DNA of 64,000 nt from Desulfosudaceae bacterium (GCA_963674745.2 CAXXDV010000001.1:2560001-2624000); one strand, 5' to 3'. Positions 29,177 through 39,527 are shown, counted from the first letter of the stretch. The notes: generated by a model from the sequence alone, not told the origin. Program-made: numbers and translations.

Positions 29177-29489
29177 AATAATCCTCCATATTGTAAAATA
29201 CTGTTATTACAAATTCATTTTTCTTTTCTGTTATAAATAGAATAAGCATTGTAAGATGGCCGTCAAGAGGGAATGGCGTTTTTTTTGAATGACATGTCTG
29301 CTTATGGCAATGGTTTTTGTCATCATACCTGTTTTGATCGGGTTCAGTGTTAAATCGTCAAGACCGCTTTAAGCGGCTTGTTTGATAAAGATTTTTACAG
29401 GCCAGTTCGGTGTGGATATACCATGACTTTTGGTCGATAATAAGATAAAAGAAAATGATCGATAAACCCAATCAAACAGGAGATAACCA

Positions 29490-30251
29490 TTGGAGAAAAC
29501 AATCAGAATCATGCCATGCCTGGATATGCAGAACGGACGGGTTGTCAAGGGCGTTCATTTTGTTGACATACGAGACGCCGGCGATCCGGTTGAATGCGCT
29601 CGCGCTTATTGCGCGTCGGGTGCGGACGAACTGGCGCTTCTGGACATCACTGCCACGGTGGAAGGCAGGGCCACCATGCTCGACGTCGTTAAACGGGTGG
29701 CTGAAGTCACCACCGTGCCGTTTACCGTAGGTGGCGGCATATCCGATGTGAAATCGGCCGAACGGGTGCTGAGCGCCGGTGCAGACAAGGTGTCGACCAG
29801 CAGTGCCGCTTTCCGGAAGCCCGAGGTGATCGAGGAGATGGTAAAAGTGTTGGGAGCCGAGAAGGTAACGGTGGCCATTGACGTGGATCAGAACGCGGCC
29901 ATGCCTTCGGGTTATGAAGTATACATCGACGGCGGACGAACGGCGACCGGCGCGGATGCCATCGAATGGGCCAGGCGTGTCGATGGTTATGGTGTTCCGG
30001 TCATTTTACCGACCAGCAAGGCAGGGGACGGTGTTCGGACCGGATATGACCTGCCGGTGATCAGCGCCATCAAGGCAGCCGTTTCGGCTGAAGTGGTGGC
30101 TTCCGGCGGAGCGGGTGAGTCGGAACATTTCTATCAGGCAGTTGAATCGGGCGCGACCATCCTGCTGGCTGCGTCTGTGTTTCATTTCGGCATCATCGGC
30201 ATCGGCGAACTAAAGGATTACCTGCGTGAGCGGGGCGTCGCCGTTCGTTGA
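29490..30251 (+). CDS. hisF: Imidazole glycerol phosphate synthase cyclase subunit
   Basis: RIMPCLD, RVVKG, DAGDPV, GADEL..LDITA, TVGGGI, ASGGAG, LAASVFH; TTG start with AGGAG RBS. Confidence 0.9.
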   Translation: MEKTIRIMPCLDMQNGRVVKGVHFVDIRDAGDPVECARAYCASGADELALLDITATVEGRATMLDVVKRVAEVTTVPFTVGGGISDVKSAERVLSAGADKVSTSSAAFRKPEVIEEMVKVLGAEKVTVAIDVDQNAAMPSGYEVYIDGGRTATGADAIEWARRVDGYGVPVILPTSKAGDGVRTGYDLPVISAIKAAVSAEVVASGGAGESEHFYQAVESGATILLAASVFHFGIIGIGELKDYLRERGVAVR

Positions 30252-30336
30252 ACCGCAAGGACATGGCGGTTGTGTGTTCCGGATTGATGAGCCGACACAA
30301 AGGGCCGTTTACGTGCCCGTCATGAAAGGGGAAAAC

Positions 30337-31125
30337 GTGAAAACCGCATTGACCATTGCCGGCTCGGATTCATCCGGTGGTGCCGGTATTCAGGCCGACC
30401 TGAAAACATTTCAAGCCCACGGCGTATTCGGGATGAGCGCTATCACCGCCGTGACTGTGCAGAATACGCAAAAGGTGTATGACGTCCAGGAGATTGATCC
30501 GAAGATCGTGTACGAGCAGATCATGCGGGTGTTTGACGATATTGCGGTCGATGCCGTCAAGATCGGCATGGTGGCCGGTGTGGCCCTGATCGAATCCATT
30601 GCCCGGGCGCTGACAGCGGTCAAGAGACCAGCGGTAGTGCTCGATCCGGTCATGATTTCAAAAAGCGGTTACGCCTTGCTAAAGCCCGATGCCCGGGATT
30701 CCCTTATGGGGCTTTTGTTTCCCCTGGCTGATATCGTGACCCCCAATATTTATGAGGCTGAGTTGCTGGCCGGCATGAAGATCAACACCGTGGATGATAT
30801 GAAAAAAGCCGCCACCATTCTTGTCAATCTGGGTGCGAAGCAGGTGGTGGTCAAAGGGGGGCATCTGGAGGAAGAAAAAGCCACGGATGTTCTGTATGAC
30901 GGTCAGGGGTTTGAGGCATTATCGGCGGACCGCATACCCTCCCGTAACACCCACGGCACGGGATGTACGTTTTCGTCCGCGCTGGCGGCCAACCTGGCCC
31001 TGGGAAAAGATTTTTTTACAGCCGCCACGGCTGCCAAGGGCTATATTACCCGGGCCATTGCCCGGGCGCCGGATATCGGCCATGGTCCCGGCCCCCTGAA
31101 CCATATGGTTCCGCCCGGGGAATAG
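30337..31125 (+). CDS. thiD: Hydroxymethylpyrimidine/phosphomethylpyrimidine kinase
   Basis: LTIAGSDSSGGAGIQADLKTF, DPVM, TPN..EA, KGGH, NTHGTGCTFS. GTG start at 30337. Confidence 0.93.
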   Translation: MKTALTIAGSDSSGGAGIQADLKTFQAHGVFGMSAITAVTVQNTQKVYDVQEIDPKIVYEQIMRVFDDIAVDAVKIGMVAGVALIESIARALTAVKRPAVVLDPVMISKSGYALLKPDARDSLMGLLFPLADIVTPNIYEAELLAGMKINTVDDMKKAATILVNLGAKQVVVKGGHLEEEKATDVLYDGQGFEALSADRIPSRNTHGTGCTFSSALAANLALGKDFFTAATAAKGYITRAIARAPDIGHGPGPLNHMVPPGE

Positions 31126-31132
31126 GGACAGG

Positions 31133-32842
31133 TCAGGAGGCCTGCGCCTGCTCCAGCATCTCTTTGGCATGGGCCAGGGTTTTGTCGGTAATCTGTTCCC
31201 CACCGGTCATTCTGGCGATTTCCTGGACCCGGTCCTTTTGGGATAAAGCGTGAATGCGGGTTAATGTTCGGCCCTGTTCGACACTTTTTTCAATTTTGCA
31301 GTGCTGGTTTCCGAATTTGGCGATCTGGGCAAGGTGGGTAATGCAGATGACCTGATGGTAAGCGGAAAGAGCCAGCAGTTTTCTTCCGACGACTTCTGCC
31401 GTTTCCCCTCCGATACCGGCGTCTACCTCGTCAAAGACAATGGTGCCGACCGATTCCGTCCCTGCCAGGATGGCTTTTAAGGCCAGTACCACCCGGGAAA
31501 GCTCTCCGCCGGAGGCGATGTCCGCCAGGGCCTTTAAGGGTTCACCCACATTGGGGGCGATCTGGAAGGCGATTTTATCCAGCCCGGTTTCCTCTATGCC
31601 TTTGCCGTCTGTGGCCAGGTGCGGGTTTGAGGACTCGGATACAGGGTTGTTGCTGAAGGCCACGTCAAACTGTGTCCTGTCCATTTTCAGCCCGGTCAGT
31701 TCTTTTTCAACTTTTTTCGACAGATCCCGGGCGGCTTTTTGTCTCAAAGCCGACAATTGCCGGGCGCTGTCCGCCAGCTGTTCATGAACGTCGCTGATGC
31801 GTTTATCAAGGCCGGCAACGGTATCGGAAATGTTTTCCAGCCCGGCCAGCTCGGTGTTGATCTGCTCCAGCCGGTCCAGTACGTCGGCCAGTGTCCGGCC
31901 GTATTTCTTTTTGAGCCGGACCAGCAGGTCAAGCCGTTCCTCCACTTCCTCCAGCCGGTGATCGTCTATCTGCACACTGTCCAGATAGCTTCTTAAATGG
32001 CTTGTGAGTTCCTCCACCCGGGCCGTGACATCGGTTGCTGTCTCCTGTTGCGGTGTAAGGGTGATATCTATCTGGACGGCGTTGTCCAGGTTTTTCTGGA
32101 TCAGGGCCATCTGTTCGAATACCGATCCCTGGGCGTCGTATAAAGCTTCTATCGTACTGAATACCAGGGCGTAAAGGCGCTCGGCATGTTTCAGACGGAT
32201 TTTTTCCTGCTCCAGTTCCGTGTCTTCGCCAATGGTTATCCGGGCCTTGTCGATTTCGTCCCTCTGGAATGACAGCAGCTCAATCTCCCGGGCGCGCTGC
32301 TGCCGGGTTTGAATCAGTTTTTCCCGTTCACGCAAAAGCGGTAGCAGCTCGTGAAATGTCTGCCGGACCGTTTCCCGAAGGGGAATCAAGCCCGCGAACT
32401 GATCCAGGATATATAAATGGGTGTCTTCTTTTAAGAGGTGCTGGTGCGCATGCTGGCCGGAAATGCTGGCCAGGCCGGTGGTTACGGCCGTTAAGACCTG
32501 CATGGTCGCCAGACTGCCATTGATATAGACCTTGTGTCGGTTGTCGGCTGATATTTTTCGTTTGATCAGCAGCTCACCGTCGGTTTCATAGCCGAGTTCA
32601 CAAAGCGCTTGGGCTGCCGGACTTTTGGGGGCAATGGTAAAAATCGCCTCGACCTCTGCGGATTTTGCACCGGCCCGGATCAGTTTCGAACTGGCCCGGC
32701 TGCCCAGCAGGAGGTTGAAAGCATTGATGATGATGGATTTGCCGGCGCCGGTTTCGCCACTTAAAATGGTCAGCCCTTTGTCAAAACGGATACGCAAATC
32801 ATCGATAATGGCAAAGTTTTTAATGGCAAGCTCTTGCAGCAT
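31133..32842 (-). CDS. recN: DNA repair protein RecN
   Basis: GETGAGKS Walker A, coiled coil, ASGGELSR, FDEVDAGIGG, QVICITH. Confidence 0.95.
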   Translation of the reverse strand: MLQELAIKNFAIIDDLRIRFDKGLTILSGETGAGKSIIINAFNLLLGSRASSKLIRAGAKSAEVEAIFTIAPKSPAAQALCELGYETDGELLIKRKISADNRHKVYINGSLATMQVLTAVTTGLASISGQHAHQHLLKEDTHLYILDQFAGLIPLRETVRQTFHELLPLLREREKLIQTRQQRAREIELLSFQRDEIDKARITIGEDTELEQEKIRLKHAERLYALVFSTIEALYDAQGSVFEQMALIQKNLDNAVQIDITLTPQQETATDVTARVEELTSHLRSYLDSVQIDDHRLEEVEERLDLLVRLKKKYGRTLADVLDRLEQINTELAGLENISDTVAGLDKRISDVHEQLADSARQLSALRQKAARDLSKKVEKELTGLKMDRTQFDVAFSNNPVSESSNPHLATDGKGIEETGLDKIAFQIAPNVGEPLKALADIASGGELSRVVLALKAILAGTESVGTIVFDEVDAGIGGETAEVVGRKLLALSAYHQVICITHLAQIAKFGNQHCKIEKSVEQGRTLTRIHALSQKDRVQEIARMTGGEQITDKTLAHAKEMLEQAQAS

Positions 32843-32884
32843 GGCAATCGTCGCTTATGGTTAAAAATTCATAAAATAAACGGG

Positions 32885-34162
32885 TTAGAAAGGATATCCC
32901 AGGCAGTCCATAATCAGGGTTTTTAATTTCTGGTGCAACACCGAATAGGAGAAATAACGCAATGCGATTTCATAATTATGATTAACCATCTGTTCACGAT
33001 AATCCGGATCATCCAGCACGCGCAGGGCCTGGTCAACGGTGTTTTGTGTGACAAAACCTTTGATCTCGATGACGGAGAACCCTTTGGGTTTGATATCGCT
33101 GGAATAAATGGAATAGTTGTTAACAGCAATGGGCTTTTTATAATATACCGCCTCCAGAAAAGCGTTGCCAAAGCCTTCGTAGTTGGATGGGTAGGTTACC
33201 AGGTCGGCATAGGGGTAAATATCATCCAGGGTATATATTTTTTTACCGGAAGGGGTCATGCCCCGTTTTTCATTAATGATTTCTGATATAAAAACCGTGT
33301 TGACATTCAGCATCCGGGAAAAATCCCGAACGCGTTCATAATAATCCATGCCTTCATCCCCGGCCGCATGTGAGATGACCAGCTTTGCTTTTCGGCCCAT
33401 GCGATTGACCAGTTCAACCGCGTGCTCAATGCCCTTTCGCTCGACCACCCGGGTCGGTTGCAGGATAAACAATTCACCTTCCGCAATGCCCAGGTCCTGA
33501 CGGACGTTTTTGGTGTATTCATCAGGCGGGTCGGGCGGGTTTTCAAAGTCCATAACGTTCGGGATAATGGTCGGGGAAATACCGGTACGCAGACTCAACT
33601 GGTGATCGGCCGAAGAATTAATGACGACATCCTTTATGGGATTAAGGTGGGGTGGAAAAGCCATGTTCAGATATTCCCAGACCGAATTGGTCAGAAATCG
33701 CTGTCTTTCCCAGAAAAAGTCATGGTGATGGGCAATGGTGGGGATACCGATTTCAGATATGAGTTCGGTAATGGCCAGGCCTAATGGCAGGTTCATGGGA
33801 ATGGCCAGAACATTTTCCGGTACTATGATGTCGATGTTGAATTTTTCGATAAAATGGTACAGCTGGTCCTTGAGTTCTTCTTTTGTCTTCTGGATGAGTT
33901 GCGTGATATACCGGCCCCGGACCCTTACGCCGAAACAGTTTTCAAATATATCGAGTACTGCGGGATGGTTGAAGTGGGCTTTTTCGGAAAGGTACGAGCA
34001 TTCTTCCGGTGTGTCCAGCTCACCGGCAAAGTAATAACAGTTAAACCCTTCTTTTTTGAAAACATCGGCCCACTTCCACGTTTCCAGGGAAACGCCGTCC
34101 GTGCCGGCCAGCCGGGTTGAAATAAAACCGACGTTTTTTTCTTCCCAGGTGGTTTCATCCAT
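32885..34162 (-). CDS. Glycosyltransferase family 4 (resembles mannosylglucosylglycerate synthase-type GTs)
   Basis: GTDGVSLE..KW, HHHDF.WER, QPTRVV.RKGIE, YPS.YEGFGNA.LEA. Confidence 0.8.
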   Translation of the reverse strand: MDETTWEEKNVGFISTRLAGTDGVSLETWKWADVFKKEGFNCYYFAGELDTPEECSYLSEKAHFNHPAVLDIFENCFGVRVRGRYITQLIQKTKEELKDQLYHFIEKFNIDIIVPENVLAIPMNLPLGLAITELISEIGIPTIAHHHDFFWERQRFLTNSVWEYLNMAFPPHLNPIKDVVINSSADHQLSLRTGISPTIIPNVMDFENPPDPPDEYTKNVRQDLGIAEGELFILQPTRVVERKGIEHAVELVNRMGRKAKLVISHAAGDEGMDYYERVRDFSRMLNVNTVFISEIINEKRGMTPSGKKIYTLDDIYPYADLVTYPSNYEGFGNAFLEAVYYKKPIAVNNYSIYSSDIKPKGFSVIEIKGFVTQNTVDQALRVLDDPDYREQMVNHNYEIALRYFSYSVLHQKLKTLIMDCLGYPF

Positions 34163-34188
34163 AATTGCGCTCCTTTATTTCATCTTTT

Positions 34189-34761
34189 TCAAGTTGCGTT
34201 CTGAACTTCATGGTACCGGAAACAATCAATGATATGGTCGTTGACCATACCCACGGCCTGCATGAACGAATAGCATATCACCGGCCCGACAAACGTAAAA
34301 CCCCTGTTCTTCAAATCCCGGCTCAGTTTTTTTGATGTTTCGGTTTGTGCCGGCATTTGTGTTTCATCCTGCCAGGTATTAATCACAGGCTGACCGTCGA
34401 CAAACCGCCACAGGTAATCGGCAAAAGAGTCGAATTCTTCCGCAACGGTTAAAAACGCCCGGGCGTTGTTGACTGCGGCATTGACCTTCAACCGGTTGCG
34501 GATGATGCCGGGGTCGGCCAGCAGCGACGTTATCTTTGTCTGGTCATACCGGGCAATTTTTTCAGGCGAAAACCGGTCAAAGGCGGTTCGATAATGACCC
34601 CTTTTTTTTAAAACCGTCAACCAGCTCAGTCCGGCCTGGGCGCTTTCCAGAACGAGAAACTCGAAGAGCGTCCGGTCATCACGGACCGGAACCCCCCATT
34701 CAGTATCATGATAGGCGATATAATCGGGGTCTGTGCCCGCCCATCGACACCTTTTTTTCAT
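34189..34761 (-). CDS. tag: DNA-3-methyladenine glycosylase I
   Basis: RC.W, YHD.EWG, LE..QAGLSW, IIRNRLK, FVGP, GMVNDH..DC. Confidence 0.95.
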   Translation of the reverse strand: MKKRCRWAGTDPDYIAYHDTEWGVPVRDDRTLFEFLVLESAQAGLSWLTVLKKRGHYRTAFDRFSPEKIARYDQTKITSLLADPGIIRNRLKVNAAVNNARAFLTVAEEFDSFADYLWRFVDGQPVINTWQDETQMPAQTETSKKLSRDLKNRGFTFVGPVICYSFMQAVGMVNDHIIDCFRYHEVQNAT

Positions 34762-34932
34762 TTACAAACCCTTTACCGGTGGTTATATCAAGGAATGTCC
34801 GGCTCTGGTGATGGCGTTTTTTGCTCGGGAAAGAGCGTCCTGCAACATATAAACTCTGAAATTTTCACACAAAAAAAGGCAAAAGGCAAGGCCGGAAAAA
34901 ATTGAATGGCGGACGGCAGGCCCTCTTTTTAA

Positions 34933-35991
34933 ATGAAACAGCATATGGTAAATTCAGACTGGCACGACTTGATAAAAGGCGGCATCAACCATATCCGGGA
35001 TTTTTCCGCCCTGGCGCACCGGGATGTAAAATCCCTGGCAGCCGTTCAATCTGTTTACCCCATGTTCGTCAATGCCTATTATGCCCGTCTGATCTCCAGC
35101 CCGGACGATGCCATTGCCCGGCAGGTGCTTCCCGACGCAAGCGAACTCGATGACCGGGGTCTGGTGGATGATCCGCTGGCCGAAACCCGGCAAAGCCCTG
35201 TCCCCGGCATTATTCATCGCTATCCCGATCGTGTTGTTTTTCTTGTTTCCGGACGCTGTCCGGTATTATGTCGATTCTGCATGCGGAAACGAATGGCGGG
35301 CCGATCAGCCGGTCTGAATGCCGCAGAAACGGCCGGAGCAATGCACTATATCCGGAATAATAAAAATATTCGAGAGGTTATCCTGTCCGGCGGTGATCCG
35401 TTGATGCTCGAGGATGATCGGCTGGACGACATCCTGGCAACGATCCGCACAATTTCTCATATCCAGGTCATCCGGATACACTCCAGGGCTCCCTGCGCCC
35501 TGCCGCAACGGATTACGCCGGAGTTGATCGGGATTTTTAAAAAGTATCACCCGTTATATATGAATATTCATTTTAATCATCCCGATGAGATTACCGGGGA
35601 GGTCACTGAGGCCTGCCGTTGTCTGGCGGATGCGGGAATACCTCTGGGCAGTCAGACGGTGCTCTTAAAAGGCGTTAATGACGCGGCCGATGTCATCGAA
35701 AACCTGATGAGACGCCTGCTGCGCGTTCGGGTCAAACCCTATTACCTGCATCATCCCGATCTGGTCAGAGGCACCGCCCATTTCCGGGTTCCGGTAAGCC
35801 GGGGGTTGGCCATCATGCAAACGCTGCAGGGACGTCTTTCCGGCATCGCCATTCCGAAATACATGATTGACCTGCCGGGCGGCGGCGGCAAGGTGCCCTT
35901 GTCGCCGGAATTTATCCAGAAGGCGGCGGACGGAATGCTAATGGTGAAGAATTTTCAGGGGGAGGTATTTTCTTATCCCATGGATGCCTGA
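34933..35991 (+). CDS. KamA-family radical SAM (lysine 2,3-aminomutase-like)
   Basis: HRYPDR, CPVLCRFC.R, SGGDPL, HFNHP.E, QTVLLKGVND, PYYLH..D, DLPGGGGK (PLP Lys). Confidence 0.9.
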   Translation: MKQHMVNSDWHDLIKGGINHIRDFSALAHRDVKSLAAVQSVYPMFVNAYYARLISSPDDAIARQVLPDASELDDRGLVDDPLAETRQSPVPGIIHRYPDRVVFLVSGRCPVLCRFCMRKRMAGRSAGLNAAETAGAMHYIRNNKNIREVILSGGDPLMLEDDRLDDILATIRTISHIQVIRIHSRAPCALPQRITPELIGIFKKYHPLYMNIHFNHPDEITGEVTEACRCLADAGIPLGSQTVLLKGVNDAADVIENLMRRLLRVRVKPYYLHHPDLVRGTAHFRVPVSRGLAIMQTLQGRLSGIAIPKYMIDLPGGGGKVPLSPEFIQKAADGMLMVKNFQGEVFSYPMDA

Positions 35992-36017
35992 CCGGTTGTC
36001 GTCAAGAGATTCGGCGG

Positions 36018-36488
36018 TTATTGGAAATCGGCTTCATCCACCGGGTGCAACGGTTTTTTAATGCGGATGATTTTCGGTTTGTAGGCATCTTTTTTGCCCA
36101 TCCGGTTGCCGACAAAAACAACAAACAGAATCGCCAGAATAAACGCCCCGAAACCCACCAGTGCGGGTAGGGTTGATTCGTTTATACCATCGAAAAGGGG
36201 CGTCAGCTTGACGCCGATGGCGGCGCCGATCATCAGGCAGATAATCGGCAGCATGTAAATCAGAAAAGTACCTTTCATCAGGGAGGCGGTACTGAATTCA
36301 ATCACCACCTGGTCGCCTTCTTTGGCGCCGAGTGTGTTGATGGCTTCAACTGCCATCTCGTTGCCCCCGCCGCCCATGGTATGGCAGGCATGCCTGGATT
36401 GACAGCCTTCGCAGCTGGCAGAGCGGGTTGTCTGGATCCAGGCGGTATTATCTTCGGTTCTTATTACGTGGCCTTGTTCGGTAGGCAT
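36018..36488 (-). CDS. RseC/MucC family protein
   Basis: E.G.V, C..C....C, GD.V, Y.LP and two TM segments. Confidence 0.85.
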   Translation of the reverse strand: MPTEQGHVIRTEDNTAWIQTTRSASCEGCQSRHACHTMGGGGNEMAVEAINTLGAKEGDQVVIEFSTASLMKGTFLIYMLPIICLMIGAAIGVKLTPLFDGINESTLPALVGFGAFILAILFVVFVGNRMGKKDAYKPKIIRIKKPLHPVDEADFQ

Positions 36489-36538
36489 AATTCTCTTCCT
36501 GGCTGTAACATCTTTATATGGACGCTTTTACGAACCCA

Positions 36539-38575
36539 TTATCTATGTTCGTAGCAGATCAACCCGCACTGGAGGCAACGGGCGGCTTCATCACGGGCCA
36601 CCCGCTCTGAGAAACCGACCTCAAGCTCTTTACCCCGGGCAACTTCGTCCGCACTGCGCTGGTCCATGATATTGCGCGGATACGGGCTGACATTGTCCAG
36701 GGATGTGACGTTTTGAATGACGGAATGCCGGGTTATGACAGTGTCCGGCAGAGACAGGGGATCGCCGTACATGATCATGTGCATGGAGACGGCGCCCCGC
36801 CGTCCGGCGTCAATGGCCTTTATGGCGGCGTCCATGTCGGATATGGGGTCGTTACCGGAAAACAGGCCGGTTTCCTCGGCATACAGCGGTTTCTTGTAGG
36901 GCGGTATAGCGACCCAGGCCACCGGTTCGGTTATCGGGGCATCCCCAACCGCATCACCGTCATTCTTTTCTTCATCGCGTTTTTTGGCAAACACCAGCTC
37001 CGGAAACCTTCCGGTTGCAAAGAAAATCGTGTCGGCCGGGAGCAGATGCGCTTTGTTCGAGGATTTCTCACTGTATTCAACCTGATCTGTTTTGCGGCCG
37101 TTACCGTAAATACGGTCAAGGGAAGCGTTGAAAATGAGGGTGACTTCGGACTTCTTCAGAAGCGACGTATCCAGGTCGGCTTCTTCCGAATTTTTTTCCT
37201 GAAGCAGGAGGGTGATTTGTTCCGCACCGGCTTTCAGGCAGAGATCAACGGCAGTGCCGGCCAGGCTTCCGCCGCCGGCAATAACGACCTGTTTGCCGCA
37301 GGTAATGTCATTTTCTTTCAAGAGATCGATCAGCAGATACATGCCTTCTACCGGTGATTTGGCCGGAGCCGGATTGTCCGCTGCCAGACGGCTGTCCCAC
37401 CCGCCGGTGGCCAGGAAAACGGCTTCATAATTGTCCGCCAGAAGTGAATCAACGGTAAAATTCCGGCCCGACACCTGGCTGGTTTCCATTTTAATACCCA
37501 TGTCCTTAAGGCCGCCGATGTCGTAATCCAGAATGTCCATGGGCAGGCGTTCACGGGCAATGGCCTTTCTCAACAGGCCGCCGAATTGCCCGGACGCTTC
37601 CAGCACCACCGGAGCGTGCCCCAGCCGGGCCATGAAGAAAGCGGCCGACAGCCCTTCAATACCGCCGCCGATGACCGCTACCTTGCGGTTGGTGGACGGC
37701 GCCATGAAGGGAAGTACGCGTTCATTTTCTTTTTCGTAATCGGCCACAAACCGTTTCAACCCATTGATCGCCACGGCTTCATCAACCAGGTTGCGTCGAC
37801 AATCAAATTCACAGAAGCGGGGGCAGATCCTGCCGATGACGGTGGGGAAGGGGTTTCGTTCTTTGATGACGGCCACGGCCCGGTTGTAATCCCCGAGGGT
37901 GATCTGCCGGATGTATTCCCGGATATTGATACCGGCCGGACAGGCTCTCTGGCAGGGCGTGGTACAGTCGTCGACCGTATATTCTCTGAGTATGCGACGG
38001 GTAACCGAAGAAAGCTTGATGATATGCTTGGGGCAGACCCGCTCGCAGGTACCGCATCCCGTGCACTTTTCCGGGTCGACTTCAGGCAGGCCGCGGTCGT
38101 TTATTCTCAATGCGTTGAAAGGGCAGGCCCGCACACAGGTACCCAGTCCCATACAACCGATTTCACAGGTTTTCATACCGCCGGAAAGCAGCGCGGCTGC
38201 CCGGCAGTCGGGAATACCCTGGTAAAGGTACTTCTGGTCCGCTTCGGCGACACTGTAGGTGCATCCCGGCGCGGCGATGTCGGGTTCCTTGGCCTCAACA
38301 CTCATGCCCATCAGGGCGGCGATGGTTTCCGCCAGCTCGGCGCTGCCGGCCACGCATGAGGTCGGGGGAGATTGTCCGGCAACGATGGCTTCGGCGTTCG
38401 CCCCGCATCCGGGGTAACCGCAGCCGCCGCAGTTGGCACCGGGCAGCGCATCGGTTATGGCTTCCACTTTGGGGTCAACATAAACATAAAAGACTCTTGA
38501 GGCGATGGCCAGGCATACCCCGATAATGCACCCCAGACCGCCCATCATCATTACAGCTTCAATCGCTTCAGTCAT
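36539..38575 (-). CDS. RnfB-like Fe-S domain fused to a GltD-like FAD/NAD(P) oxidoreductase
   Basis: N-terminal TM plus LPGANCGGCGYPGC, ferredoxin motifs, PCQRACP, GRICPRFCE..C, VAVIGGG, FLATG, EAARCLQC. Confidence 0.85.
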   Translation of the reverse strand: MTEAIEAVMMMGGLGCIIGVCLAIASRVFYVYVDPKVEAITDALPGANCGGCGYPGCGANAEAIVAGQSPPTSCVAGSAELAETIAALMGMSVEAKEPDIAAPGCTYSVAEADQKYLYQGIPDCRAAALLSGGMKTCEIGCMGLGTCVRACPFNALRINDRGLPEVDPEKCTGCGTCERVCPKHIIKLSSVTRRILREYTVDDCTTPCQRACPAGINIREYIRQITLGDYNRAVAVIKERNPFPTVIGRICPRFCEFDCRRNLVDEAVAINGLKRFVADYEKENERVLPFMAPSTNRKVAVIGGGIEGLSAAFFMARLGHAPVVLEASGQFGGLLRKAIARERLPMDILDYDIGGLKDMGIKMETSQVSGRNFTVDSLLADNYEAVFLATGGWDSRLAADNPAPAKSPVEGMYLLIDLLKENDITCGKQVVIAGGGSLAGTAVDLCLKAGAEQITLLLQEKNSEEADLDTSLLKKSEVTLIFNASLDRIYGNGRKTDQVEYSEKSSNKAHLLPADTIFFATGRFPELVFAKKRDEEKNDGDAVGDAPITEPVAWVAIPPYKKPLYAEETGLFSGNDPISDMDAAIKAIDAGRRGAVSMHMIMYGDPLSLPDTVITRHSVIQNVTSLDNVSPYPRNIMDQRSADEVARGKELEVGFSERVARDEAARCLQCGLICYEHR

Positions 38576-39342
38576 TGGTTGTTCCTGCTTAATCGATTAA
38601 TAATCATTTCACCGACCGGTGTTATCTCCGGCATGGCCGTTGTCAGCGGCTCTCCTTCCAGGCTGCTCAGGAAAAGCGCCTCGCTGGAAGGGATGGCCGT
38701 CAGGATTTTTTCTTTATCAACATGGGCTTCCATTACCGCCCGGCTGCGGTCATCCGTCTTATTTAAAATGAAGAAAAACGCCGCCCGGGTGTTGTCGGTC
38801 ATTTTTTGTATTTTTTCCGCCAGCAGAAAGGATTCAAAAGCCGGATCCACGACATCCAGGATGATATCACATGCGGCATCGACGTCCCGGCCGAAATGTT
38901 CCACGCCGGCTTCGGTATCAATGAGAACAATGTCCTTGTCCTGCAAAACCAGCTTGGACAGGACCATCTTGGACAGAACACCGATGGAACAGGCGCAGCC
39001 TTCGCCGGCATGGTGGATTTTCCCCACGGCAATCAATCTGATGTTGCCGGTGGTGGCCACGCATTCAGCCGGTAAATCGGAAAGCGGTATTTTTTCCCCG
39101 AAAAGCGTGCCCTCGGGGGGCGGGAATTTCTGGTTGATTTTTTGCTTAAAGGCTTTCTTGCCGCCCAGGTGGTCCAGCAGAATGACAGGAGAAGCAACCC
39201 CCAGAAGACGATGTAACCCCATGTTGGATTCGTCGGCGTCCACAACCAGGACGTTAAAACCCCGGCTTGAAAGGTATTGGGCCAGTAACGCGGTAATCGA
39301 GCTTTTTCCGCTGCCGCCTTTTCCGCAGATAGCTATTTTCAT
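38572..39342 (-). CDS. cooC: CooC-family nickel-insertion ATPase
   Basis: GKGGSGKS, DAD, GEGCAC (CxC), DTEAGVEHFGR. Confidence 0.85.
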   Translation of the reverse strand: MKIAICGKGGSGKSSITALLAQYLSSRGFNVLVVDADESNMGLHRLLGVASPVILLDHLGGKKAFKQKINQKFPPPEGTLFGEKIPLSDLPAECVATTGNIRLIAVGKIHHAGEGCACSIGVLSKMVLSKLVLQDKDIVLIDTEAGVEHFGRDVDAACDIILDVVDPAFESFLLAEKIQKMTDNTRAAFFFILNKTDDRSRAVMEAHVDKEKILTAIPSSEALFLSSLEGEPLTTAMPEITPVGEMIINRLSRNNQ

Positions 39343-39527
39343 AATTTATTTTCTCCAAATTCTGATTTTTACATAGCAATCAGAACGGATGACCCGTATA
39401 AAAAATGTTCAAAAATAGTTAATTAAACCAGGCCGGTGATATTTGTCAAGGACAATCCCCCCGGGTGAATATCGTATTTGGGGTGCCCCTTAGCCGGGTA
39501 TTTAACTGGATGGAGGGACGTACTTCT

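Noticed and set aside
30252..30336. TPP riboswitch upstream of thiD
   Set aside because: The gap is short and the conserved CTGAGA core is absent.
38579..39376. 265-aa ORF antisense to cooC
   Set aside because: It mirrors cooC almost exactly, has Ser/Thr-rich shadow composition and shows no motifs.
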